Source: Selaginella moellendorffii
Lineage: Eukaryota; Plantae; Lycopodiophyta
Direction: 5' to 3'
Length of the DNA: 64,000 nt
Assembly: GCF_000143415.4 (NCBI RefSeq)
Contig: NW_003314304.1
Location: 1,499,351-1,563,350, forward strand
Below the pieces are notes generated by a model that saw only the letters and a list, made by a program, of their open reading frames with translations, made no database searches and was not told where the DNA came from. This document shows positions 49,126-59,714 of this stretch, piece by piece (the first letter of the stretch is position 1; each line of letters begins with the position of its first letter). Both the position numbers and the translations under genes were made by a program.

Positions 49126-52100
49126 TTAAATACCTTTGCAAACCCATATTTTTCTTTTGTGTAGAATTGTGGGATGAAGAGCAAAATAAGTCTCCATAAT
49201 CGTCTCCTGTTTTTCTTCTTTCCCAACTTTAGTTGTCACTAGCTTAAATATCTCATACAAATCTTCTGCTTTAGGATTTGTAGTTAGCTTGCTTTTGAGA
49301 AGACATGAATCCAAAAAGCTTATGAGCCTTCCCTTGGTTTCATCCACCATTGCATTCACTATCTCTCCAGCACCAGCAAAATGTCCTCCAACTTTGGCCC
49401 CAATAAATAATAGGATCAATGTATGTTTAAGTACTGGAGCAAATTTCTTGAGCCAGTTTGGTGGGATATTCAATTCAACACCTACAGAATTCTTCACTTG
49501 ATGACCTTTATCTCCCTGAGTATAAGATCCTTCATGCCATTCACACAAGTAGTGAAGTTTAACAGGTGTTCCCAGTATTTTGCTATAATTTTTCCACCTA
49601 TTATTCTCATCGAGAATATATGGATATTTTGGGCAATCTGTTTCCAATTTCAATAATACTTGCAAACACCTTGTATGGATTGCATTCACTTTATCCATGA
49701 TAGACTTTAGTCCATTTTTGAGCTCGTTAAAGCTTACTTCAATGTTATCAAGTTTTGTATCCAACTTGTCAAAACAATTCTCCATTTTATCAAGCCTTTT
49801 ATCAAAATATCTAAGGATTGCATCAAGTTTTGGGTCTTCAACATTCGGAAACTCAACAACATCTAATGATGCTTTGGGAATTGTGACTTCTCCAACCTCC
49901 TCATAGTCCTTCAAAAGTTCATGAAGTTCAACAAACTTATTTACCATTTCATGTTTTTGCTCATTGGGCATCAATAGCTTGGCCAAAGCATTCTCATCTG
50001 AGACTTTCAAATCATTATTCACATCCCAGCTCTCTGCTTCATGTGAATAATTCCAAGTGTGGGAGTATTCTAGACCTCTTTCTTTTGCTTTACATTTGAC
50101 TTGCTTTAGTGGACAAATAACTGAAGCCCATAATTCTAATTTGCCCACCTTATTTAGTATCTTTCTCCATACATAACCACGTCTCATCACATTTTCTTCA
50201 ATTTCCAAAGATGGGCAATCCTCCATACATACCCCAATAATGCAATTTCTAATTTTTTCCATCCATCCTTCAGCTTCCTTTTCTAAATCCGGCCTTGGTG
50301 TATTCTCTACCTCTTTTGGGTAGTAAATGATGATATCAATCCATTGCCTATCTTTCCAATTGTCTGTGTCTCCCCCAACTCTCACAATTATCTCGATAAG
50401 GTTTTTTTTCAAAGCCACCCATCCATTCCCAAGCCTGAAACCTTTCTTGCTTAATCTGTGAAGTTTAACTTGGATCTTTGTGAAAATACTTGCAGGAAAC
50501 AATTTCAAGTCCTTGTCTTTGCATTCAAACCTCCTGCCCCAGTAGTTGTGGTTTTTTTGAGTGTTAATTGACAATAAATATCCTGGAGGTGAATAGTCTT
50601 CTTGCAATAGTGTTGGCATTATCAACTCTTTGGGTAAGTTATGCCAATTCCCATCCCATGTATCATCCCAAGGCAATATCACTCCCATCTCATGGAGCAC
50701 TCCAAGAATGTACTCCACTATTTTGTCTTGGTTCCCACATTGTTGTTTCAACTGATGTTTAACTTGGTGTGTATCCATTCGACTTTTGAGTTTGCTGGTC
50801 TTCTCTGTAGGTATGAAGAGCTGCACCACATCCTTGATAAACCATTGGACATCTAAGATGACAAATTGAGACACAATGTCGTCCTCTTCATGTCCCAAGC
50901 CAAAGTAAATTGCATCACCAGAATCATGTAGAAATTGCAAGACGAATTTGAGAACATTCTCGGAACTCCTGTGAGGCAAGAGGATTTTGCCAACTTTATC
51001 TAGGGGTATGACCTTCTTGTGACTTGGATCTTGTACCAATTTCCTCTTTGCTTTGAGACATTCCTGTGGTATTTGTTGCTGGGCTGACAGCAGTTCTTCC
51101 AAGCAACTCCCCAACATGGTTTTTATCCCCCTTAAATCTTTCACTTGAGTGGCCACCACCTTAAAACAAAAGTCATTCCCAAACTCAAGTACTTGCCCAT
51201 AGCCTTTGTCGGAGATAATTGCAGAAACCACCTCCTTTGGGTCAAAGTCGGGTTCTGGAGTGAAAAAGTTCAAGGCAATCAAGACCCTGGGCTTCCTTTT
51301 GGGTGAGGCTGATTGATGTGAAGCGATGAACCTCAGCCAGTAAACCAAATTCTGCTTGAAAACCTCACAATTGCCATCCTCCACCTTGCATACGATCAAG
51401 AAGAGATCCTTCTCACTTCCTCTGAGAAAGTACTGGTGGAAAGCATGGAACTCTTCCTGTCCAGCCAGGTCGCAAATGAGCAGCTTTTGTTTGGTGGTCG
51501 CATAGACAAGTGGTTGCAGCTCAATGCCTGCTGTTGAAGCATGCGTTTGGAGACATGATGGAAACCAAGACACTCTGCGGCAGAGGTTTTTTTTTATTGT
51601 GGTCTTTCCAACCCTGCTAGCACCACACAAGAAGAGCTTTGCTGTTGACGGGTTGTCAAAGTCTTTGAATGCACTCTGCTGGAAGATTGCATTCCGCTCT
51701 AAAAGACCAGAACACCTCTGCTTGAAAGCTTCAGAAGCTTCGGAATCATTGCCTATATCAAGCTCTTCCACGAGGCTTTGGTAGTTTTCCTCCAGGGCAG
51801 CCAGAATTTGTCTCTTCTGTGCATCACTTCTAAGAGAAGGAGCCCTGAATTTGAGCAACTTGCATTTTGGATCTCCCAGCAACTGGCAAAGGTCTTCCAG
51901 GTTTTCAAAATTTCGCTGAGATATTCTCAAGTCTTCAATGCTGCTTCCCAAAAGGCACCTCCATGGCAGCTCCGACTCACATGACAAAGCTTTCAGATAC
52001 TTGCAGCTGGTGATAGCTTTCCAAAAGAGCTCCCCATTCGTGATTTTGCAGCTCCATATATCCAAATGCTCCAGTTGGCTCTTCTCTATGCCCTCGGCAA

Positions 52101-53421
52101 ACTCCAACGTTAACTCATCTTCTCTACTACTCCATATTTCCAAATGGCGCAGCTTAAAATGTGGACTTGAGAGGGCTGACCACAGACTGCTGTCACAGAC
52201 CACTCCTCCTCCCTCGTTGCGAAAAGAAAGTTTAAGCTTGATCAGCTTGCAATTGGGATTTTGTAGCGCTCTGCCCAACCATCCACCACCATCACCTGGA
52301 TAAAGTGTAACGATGAGTTCCTCCAAGCCACACTTAGCGCTGCTCAGGGCCTCACCCAGGCCCGTTGCATTGCTCAGGTCCTCACTTCGGCAATCTAAAA
52401 CTGACAGGCTGGTGCCCTCCTGAAGAGCCTTGCATACCCATGGCAACACTGCAGGATCAGTTTCCCAAAGTAGGTATAGTCTTTGCAGTGAACAGTTTGG
52501 ACTCGTGAGTGCCTTGAAGAGTGCTTCACCTGCCCCCTCTGGAAACAGTGCCTTCAGTTCTATTAGCTTATTGCAAATGCCATTCTGAAATGCCTGTTCC
52601 CACCCTTCCTTGTCAATGTCCTCATCCAGAACGATGGCTAACTCTTCCACCTTGCACTCCTGACTTGCCAGATCCCTACTCAATTTCCCAAATCCTTCCA
52701 CTGTCATCCTGTTCCTCTCCAACCAGAGATGTTTCAAGTTGTTTCCTGCTTTCCTAAGGAGTTGGCTAAGTAGAGTCTCTGGGTTCCCAACATGCCACAA
52801 CTGGAGGTCTGTCAAGCAGTCGAGCTGAGCAAAGGCCAACTCAAGCTCCTGAGGTGGTGTGAGGACGTCTTTGCCTTCCCAATTGAATATTAGCAATTTC
52901 AAGACTTTGAATTCCTCTGTCATCATCAGTAGCTTTGCAAACCTCTGCACCTCAATCTGGCCAATATCCTGTCCCTGCTGAGGAGGAGCAATGCCCTCTG
53001 CCACCCTTTGCATTCGATCACTGGGAATGCCCAACCTACAAGCGACCCTGGCAGCGAAGTGGATGAATCTGATGTCGAGCTGTGGTACCAAAGCGGCCTT
53101 GAGAACGTCAATGTGAGCAGCAGCAGCAGCAGCAGACGAACTGCCATCACCCACATCCAGAGCCCTGTCTAACCTGGGCGGATTTGAAATGCACCAGTTG
53201 AGCACACCAATCAGATCCTCCTCTGTGCCTCCAAACCCCTCAACGGTAGCACTCACCTCATCAACAAACTCACCTTTGGATGAGTCAAGCGCATCCAGCC
53301 TCTCCCCACAATCAAACCGAATCGCATTGAAGTGCCGCTTGTTGTCCCGCTTCGCTGCGAGAGCCTCCTTGATCTCCTTGACAGAATCACAGATGATCCA
53401 CTCTCGTCGCTCCTCCTCCAT
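49126..53421 (-). CDS. TORNADO1-like Roco protein (novel N-terminal domain, RI-type LRRs, Roc GTPase, COR, coiled coil), ~1431 aa in a single ORF
   Basis: P-loop GASRVGKTT, G3 ICDLAGQEEFHAFH, COR FLHDSGDAIYF/ILDVQWF, coiled coil, TRN1-like LHYLCE and KVGGHFAG, terminal WVC. Confidence 0.88.
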   Translation of the reverse strand: MEEERREWIICDSVKEIKEALAAKRDNKRHFNAIRFDCGERLDALDSSKGEFVDEVSATVEGFGGTEEDLIGVLNWCISNPPRLDRALDVGDGSSSAAAAAAHIDVLKAALVPQLDIRFIHFAARVACRLGIPSDRMQRVAEGIAPPQQGQDIGQIEVQRFAKLLMMTEEFKVLKLLIFNWEGKDVLTPPQELELAFAQLDCLTDLQLWHVGNPETLLSQLLRKAGNNLKHLWLERNRMTVEGFGKLSRDLASQECKVEELAIVLDEDIDKEGWEQAFQNGICNKLIELKALFPEGAGEALFKALTSPNCSLQRLYLLWETDPAVLPWVCKALQEGTSLSVLDCRSEDLSNATGLGEALSSAKCGLEELIVTLYPGDGGGWLGRALQNPNCKLIKLKLSFRNEGGGVVCDSSLWSALSSPHFKLRHLEIWSSREDELTLEFAEGIEKSQLEHLDIWSCKITNGELFWKAITSCKYLKALSCESELPWRCLLGSSIEDLRISQRNFENLEDLCQLLGDPKCKLLKFRAPSLRSDAQKRQILAALEENYQSLVEELDIGNDSEASEAFKQRCSGLLERNAIFQQSAFKDFDNPSTAKLFLCGASRVGKTTIKKNLCRRVSWFPSCLQTHASTAGIELQPLVYATTKQKLLICDLAGQEEFHAFHQYFLRGSEKDLFLIVCKVEDGNCEVFKQNLVYWLRFIASHQSASPKRKPRVLIALNFFTPEPDFDPKEVVSAIISDKGYGQVLEFGNDFCFKVVATQVKDLRGIKTMLGSCLEELLSAQQQIPQECLKAKRKLVQDPSHKKVIPLDKVGKILLPHRSSENVLKFVLQFLHDSGDAIYFGLGHEEDDIVSQFVILDVQWFIKDVVQLFIPTEKTSKLKSRMDTHQVKHQLKQQCGNQDKIVEYILGVLHEMGVILPWDDTWDGNWHNLPKELIMPTLLQEDYSPPGYLLSINTQKNHNYWGRRFECKDKDLKLFPASIFTKIQVKLHRLSKKGFRLGNGWVALKKNLIEIIVRVGGDTDNWKDRQWIDIIIYYPKEVENTPRPDLEKEAEGWMEKIRNCIIGVCMEDCPSLEIEENVMRRGYVWRKILNKVGKLELWASVICPLKQVKCKAKERGLEYSHTWNYSHEAESWDVNNDLKVSDENALAKLLMPNEQKHEMVNKFVELHELLKDYEEVGEVTIPKASLDVVEFPNVEDPKLDAILRYFDKRLDKMENCFDKLDTKLDNIEVSFNELKNGLKSIMDKVNAIHTRCLQVLLKLETDCPKYPYILDENNRWKNYSKILGTPVKLHYLCEWHEGSYTQGDKGHQVKNSVGVELNIPPNWLKKFAPVLKHTLILLFIGAKVGGHFAGAGEIVNAMVDETKGRLISFLDSCLLKSKLTTNPKAEDLYEIFKLVTTKVGKEEKQETIMETYFALHPTILHKRKIWVCKGI

Positions 53422-53500
53422 GGAAGTTTGCCCTGGATCGAAGGGGCAGTGGAGAGCACGAGTAAAACGTGAACCTTGCCAGCAGTGGACTAAAGAAAGT

Positions 53501-53665
53501 ATGCCAGCTGTGGAAGAAAAGCAAAGCATATGCCAGCTGTGGAAGCAAAGCATATGCCAGCTGTGGAAGCAAAGCATATGCCAGCTGTGGAAGCAAAGCC
53601 ATCGTATGAAAGCAAAGCGGACAGTACAAGCAAGAGAAAGCAAAGCGGACAGTACAAGCAAGAGT
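53501..53665. repeat. 24-bp tandem repeat x4 plus a ~28-bp repeat x2 upstream of Roco B
   Basis: ATGCCAGCTGTGGAAGCAAAGCAT x4; AAGCAAAGCGGACAGTACAAGCAAGAG x2. Confidence 0.85.
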
Positions 53666-53689
53666 TAATTTAGGTTTTAGGGTTCTTCG

Positions 53690-56196
53690 AGCAAGACGGC
53701 CAAGGCGGCGGAGAAGCGAGCTCATCGCGACGAGAAGAAGGTGTGGGACGAGGATGATATTGATGCGATCTTGGTAAGCAAAGCTCTGGCCAAAGACTCT
53801 CAATCGTTTTCCTTCTTGTCAGGCTAAACTCCACGAGGAGAAAGCAAAGAAGAGCGAAATTCATGTCGATGAGAATGTAGCAGCTCCTTCACCACAATGC
53901 AATTGCTCTGTGCGTAAGAACTCGATTGAAATCTCCACTCTGGAAGCTCACATTCTCTAGAATTCTTCTTTCCTTGCGTTTCAGGTGACTGTAAATCCCG
54001 TCAAGGACACTGCGCTGATCGTCTATGGAGGTGAATACCAACAATGGTGACAAGGTTTGTGGTTAGTTTTGCTACGGTGATTTAATCTTCGTGTTTGCTA
54101 TGCTAGACTTACGTTTATGGTGATCTCTACCAATACAACATCGAGAAGAACGAGTGGAAGCCTGTCACCAGTCCAAACCCTCCTCCCCGAGAAGCGCTCA
54201 CCAGGGGGTTGCGTGGAAAAACTGGCTCTTCACTTTTGGTATGATGTATTTTTCCAGGACTTCTCTTGATTTTGGCAGTGTAGGTGGTGAATTCGGTTTC
54301 ATCACTATAAGCTGTGTTTCTAGCTGACTTACAAGAGAGTTCTTGCAGGATTTATGGAGACTGGATTTAAACACAAATATGTGTGGCTGGAGCAGCTTCA
54401 AACTAAAAGGCTGTCCAGGTGCTCGTTCCGGACATAGATTGGTATGTATTGCGCTTCTAAACATAATCTTTATTTTTTTCTTTCTTGCCACAGAAACATA
54501 AACTTATTCTATTTGGTGGATTTTATGACACGCTGAGGGAAGAAAGGTCGGCTGTTTCAGCAGTGTAGATGTTTAGTATTGAATTTTTGACACAGGTACT
54601 TCAATAATCTTTAAGTGCTGGATTTAGACGATTATAAGGTTTGTTTCTGTCGCTCATCGTTCTTCCTTGTTTTTTAACAACTAAACTGATTTCCTTTTGC
54701 AGTGGCAAGAGATAAAACCCAAGCTTGGAGCTGCCTGGCCTTCAGCTGGAACTGGTTCTCAGCTTGCTGTTTATTTAGATGAGGTATTTGTCTACTAAAA
54801 GTATAGTTTTGCGTGTTGTGAACATTTTTTCTTTTCTAGATTTTCTTGTACGGTGGCTATTTCAAAGAGCCTGCCCCTGACAAAGATCAATCCGACAAAG
54901 CTGTAGTGCTCGCAGATATGTGGACGTTAGATCCACGGATTGGGAGTGGGACAAGGTTTGCTTGTTTTACATTCTCGTTTGGAGTTTTAGTTTTTCAATG
55001 TGTTTTGTGAAGGTGAAAAAATCCGGTATGGCTCCTGGCTAAGAGCAGGATTTTTGTCCAGTACGGTTTCAATGCATGCGTTGGAAAAACTAATGTCTTT
55101 TGCAGGTGATTCCCTGCACAGCGTTTTTATGATCGAGATGTATATGCTTTCCAGATGGTTTGTATCTCGTCGATTTTTTTAAAATTATCTAAACACCATC
55201 GCTCGCAGGTATCCTTTGGAGCTTCGCAAGCCAAAGAGCCTAAAGATTAAGGTATGGCAATCTGAGATTGTGTAGTGGTTAAGTGTGCATCCAAAGCAGA
55301 AGAAAGTGGTTGATCCAAATGTGGAAAATGCGTCTCAACGTTGAGCGTTCTGCTTGAAGGTTGTTGCCTTGTGGAAGAATGAATGCTGGAATGGTCGTTG
55401 GAAAGGATACTTTGTTTCTGTATGGAGGTATGAAAGAAGTCGGCAAAAAAAAAGTGACACGACGACCTTTCCTCGCTGGACCTTCGAGCATTATTGAGGT
55501 TAGTATGATCGAGCCATCATCCAGCCTCATACTAATGTCTCAAGCAGGAAACACAAAGCGCGTGGATTGAAGCTAGTAAGGAGAAAGGCGAAACTGATGG
55601 TGACAACAGTGATGCTGGATCGATTAATAAAGGAAAAGACGAAGAGGACGATGACGAGGTAGTAAAAAAGAAGGATGTAAGAAAACTTGTGAAGAGGCAG
55701 CTGCTATTCTTAGGGGCGAAGGCAAAAAGCTGACACAGAAAGGACGGAAATTAAAGATCGATCCGAGCTGGGCCTGGCTGATTCCCAACAAACACTTTTG
55801 GTGAGTGCTGATAGTAGTTCATCTTCCCTTTTTGTGACTGATTTGTCTTTCAGCCTGGAGAAACACTGAGAGATTTTTTCTCTTGGACGATCATGTATTG
55901 GCAAATGGCACCTTACGATCACACCCAACACACTGGAAAGGTGACAACGCAGGTTTTCTTTCGCTCGTTCTTCATGCTCTATGCATCTATCAGGAGCTCA
56001 GGAAGGATGGATTTGACTTGGCAAACACACGCTACAGAGAACTTAAACCCGTCCTTGACAAGGTAAAGTGGTGTCTCAAGAAGGAATCCTCACAACAGCA
56101 TTGTTTGATTTGCAGCTTGCGAGACTTGAAGCCGACCACAACGCCGAAGAGGAGGCTACCAAACCTTCCAAAGAGCGCAGCAAGAAGAAACGATAA
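53690..56196 (+). pseudogene. KLHDC4-like kelch/DUF4110 pseudogene, copy B (lacks the ATG)
   Basis: KTAKAAEKRA..DEDDIDAIL, PSPQCNCS, LIVYGGEY, YGDLYQYNIEKNEW, RSAHQGVAWKN; frameshifts. Confidence 0.82.
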
Positions 56197-56259
56197 GGTC
56201 CGTGATCTCTGAAAGTTCTAGCTGAAAAATTAAATGAATACCGAGAGGTATGGTGAGTG

Positions 56260-57324
56260 CTTGCTTTCGGTTGCCTTTCGTAAAGTGCAGAGTGAACACT
56301 CTCTCTATGCGGTCCATAAACTTTACTACCTGCAGTGCATTGGAGCAATGAAATTCCATCAGCAAGACCCTCAAAGGAAAATTTCTTCACACCTTGTCCG
56401 ACGTTGCAAAGTGAGAGCTTTCGACCATCTTGAGATAACTGCCAGACTCCAGTCACCTGAAAATTTAAATAACCTTTTTAGAAGTCCGCAGTAATTTTCC
56501 ATTTTCCATAAGTACCTTGTCATATTTCTTGCGGATCTTGACGAATGCCATCACGTTCAAGGAGCTGCCAAGTGAGTTTTCAACACTTTGAGAACATGGA
56601 TCAATCGTATAGAGGTCATTCACCTGAAGTTTCTTAGGAGTCGAAGCCCACGATAAAATTCGACAAAGGCCGTCTGGAGCATCTTGGCTGCTCGCTGAAC
56701 CTTTCCTTTGTTGCCGGGCTCCCCTTCAAGCTCTGAGATTCGTCATCTACAACATGGCAGAGATCAAACGATTCCAAGTTAAGTGCCACAGAATTAGAGG
56801 CTGCTAGAACGAACCTTGCATAGCGATGAGCTCTTGCATTTGGATGTGAAGTTGCTGTGCTTGAGCATCGTACTCGTCTTCCTTGCATCTAAAAAACTTG
56901 TCCACTTTGTTGTGCTGATCGTCAAGGCCGAAAAAGAAGCTCTTTTCGTGATCCGATCGAGTTCCAAACAGCTCCGTCTCGTAAAAATCCTCGCCATCTG
57001 CAATTCTCGTCTTGTGCACAACCTGATCGTATTGAAGAGTTTTGTTTCGTCTTTACAGTCCAGAACATCCATGGACGTTTCCGAGGATATGGATTGTTCG
57101 CAGCAGCTGCTCAGGATGGCGCTGGGATTTTGCAGCAAGTTTTGAAGCTTGCTCTTGTCAACCGAGAAGACATTTGGATCGAACACCTTGTGCTGCTGGT
57201 TCTTGGTATGTAGGATCTGGTTTTTGATTCTCTTGACAACTTTCTTGAGCTGCTTGTAGTCGCAGTACTTCACCCGCCACTCTGGGACGAGCTGGCCCTC
57301 CAGCTGCTTCTGGAACTTCACCAT
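56260..57324 (-). pseudogene. PHO1: PHO1-family SPX-only fragment, copy B
   Basis: MVKFQKQLEGQLVPEWRVKYCDYKQLKK...FTKGNRKQA, then truncated. Confidence 0.85.
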
Positions 57325-58180
57325 GTCTGAAAGCTTGGATTACCTGACGCGAACATCGTCAAGAAAACGATCAAGCAGGAGATGAAATACCTGGAGGAAA
57401 TGGTGTGAATGCTTCTTCAAACTTTTCTGGCGCCTGTGCTCTGGAAGCAGAGGAAGAACAGTGGCAGTGAGCATATAACGAGACAAATGGTGGCGTGGAA
57501 TCATCAAATGCATTGTGCTGGGGAGGAGCACCACCAATTCTCACAAGAAAACAGCGTCTTAAGATCATCTCTGGAAAAAAGGAGGAAAGCCTTCGTTTCT
57601 CACCGACGCCAGCGAACAATTACATAAGAATACGTTTTCCCGAGTGAAACTGACGCAGCAGAGTGCAAGAGGAGAGAAGAAGCAAGCGATCCATTGGCCT
57701 ATGGAACTAAAAAAGGAAGCAAAAGGACAGGGAATGCAGGGGAATCTACATGAAAAGAAGCTGTCATAAGTTACACACTTACATACACTCTCACACACTC
57801 CAACTCTTTTCTTGTCAACACGAGTAATTTATGCGAGCGAAAGGGAATGAAAGAATCATTTGAGCATCTAAAGCATGGAAGGAAGCGAGGCACGTACTCT
57901 TTCTGGAAATCACGCTTATGGAGCGTTTTGTTTCGTCGGAGGCGCGACCAAACTGAAAGAATCGCAAGCTCAGAACTAGGAAAGCAAAGAAAAAACTTAC
58001 CGTTGAAAGGGGACGAAGAGGAGAAGAAGGGGACGAAGGAGGAGCCAAGCTTGGAATCGAGGGAGCTTGTCGAGTTCTCGAGGTGAGAGCCCTTTGCTCA
58101 CTCAAAAACTTGGAGCCTTCTCTCCTTCTGCGAGAGGAAGAGGGAGCGGGGGGAGTTTGCAATGAAGGTGGTGGTCGCAT

Positions 58181-58318
58181 TTTATACTCTGGTTGGCCGA
58201 CTAGAGACACACAAGACATGGAAGAATAGTGGTGTGATAATTGCCCGACTATCATCAAAGAGGGGTATAAGGGTGAGAACTTTGTTTTGAATCACTGGAT
58301 ATGGAGCTCGGGATATGC
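58181..58318 (-). promoter_or_regulatory. Putative PHO1 promoter: TATA (58181-58186) and P1BS GNATATNC (58311-58318)
   Basis: TATAAA on the minus strand; GGATATGC fits the PHR1-binding consensus. Confidence 0.4.
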
Positions 58319-58549
58319 TGAGAGAAGTCCGCCATACCACGCAGAAAGAAAGAGAACGAAAATAAATGCATTTTAGCTTATCTTCCATTCGCAATGCTCC
58401 ACCTTCTTAGTGGCCGGATTATACTTTTCCTTTTCCTTGCCAGATTCTGCACGATTCTTCGCTAAGAAAGCCAAAACTTCTGGCTGTAAAGCATTGCACG
58501 TACCAGTCTGTGGGTTTTTAACATTGATCCGCATCGTTTTGTTGACGAC

Positions 58550-58793
58550 GACAAAGCGATAAGAACGCCACCTCATATTGAAACACACGGCGGTTGTCAA
58601 GCGATAATTCAGCTCTTCGTCTGGAATGCACCAGCAATAAAATAATGCATATGACTCAGAAAGAAGAACTTAACGTACCCGTTCGCTGCCACTTATCAAA
58701 CTTGACAACCCAAGTAACGTCCCCAACCTTCGTCGCACGAATTCGATCAACCCACATACAGAAGTTCTTTCCCCTGTGAATACCGTGGAGGGG
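58550..58793 (-). pseudogene. SPP: SPP C-terminal exon fragment
   Basis: Near-identical to 35236-35478. Confidence 0.8.
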
Positions 58794-58794
58794 T

Positions 58795-59714
58795 ACCGAG
58801 ATCCACGTCGCGCTCTCCTTGGCAGTCATCTTGTCTTGCAAGCACTTCAATCCAAGGCAATCCAATGTCCCAAGGGTTATCTTCATCACAATCCGCAGTG
58901 AGAACTCCAACCTTCCACACCTTCTTGAGATCATGGGGCTTCTTATACGGCGGCGGCCCCTGCCCCTTTGGAAGCCCAAGCTCGGGCCACCACTCCTCGT
59001 CGCCGCTCGGCCACCACGGCGGCGCCACCCCTTTCTCCAGCGGGTACCTCCGCTGGATCGCAGTGCTGCATTGCGTGGTGCCCTGGAGCTCCTGGAGAGT
59101 GTGTGGCGTCGGGGCGGCGGCGGAGAGCTGGCCAGCGCCTCCGCCGGATCTGGAGCAGATGCCGTGCTCCGCCTCGTACTTGGCCATGGCGGCGGGGCCG
59201 TTCCGATCGAAGCGGACCTTCTCCTTCCACCACGCGCGGATGTTGTTGCTGGCGCCGCTCACTGGCTTGCCCTTCTCGGGGATGATGCCATAGACGAATC
59301 CTTGGGCTTTGCAGACCTCCATCATCTTGAGCGTGTACTTGAGGATCCCGACCTGGGCTCGCGACATCTTCCGCCGGGATTGCTCCTGGGATTGCTTGTG
59401 CTTGGGGAGATTGCCCAGATTCTGGTGCTGCGCTGCTGGGCCGCCGTGATGCTGCTGCTGCTGCTGCCCATGGCTGTGATTCGAGTGATTCGAGGAGAAT
59501 GCGTTGTTGACCCTGGCCTTTTGCTTGTCCTTGATCCGCTTGAGCCGCAGCCGATCGTTCCAAATCCTCTTCTCCAGCTCGTCCACGTCCATGTCGTCGT
59601 CGCTGAAATCCTCGTGATCCTGGACGACCGCCTGGCCCAGGCCTCATCGTTGTCTCCCACAAGATCCACGTCCAGGCCATAGCAGAGGTCCGGGTCGCCC
59701 CCGTGGAGCTCCAT
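58795..59714 (-). pseudogene. EIN3: Truncated, frameshifted EIN3 duplicate (N-terminal DNA-binding region only)
   Basis: Near-identical to 18590-19553, with indels at ~59641, ~59370 and ~59070 and a foreign patch at ~58848-58893. Confidence 0.9.

Larger units (their letters stand above)
36961..58794. repeat. Segmental duplication unit B (contains the retroelement insertion)
   Basis: Collinear with unit A. Confidence 0.85.

Noticed and set aside
53422-53661. 80-aa N-terminal extension of the Roco B ORF (LCFHSWHM repeats)
   Set aside because: Non-ATG start, made of 24-bp tandem repeats, and absent in copy A, where the ORF starts at MEEERR.
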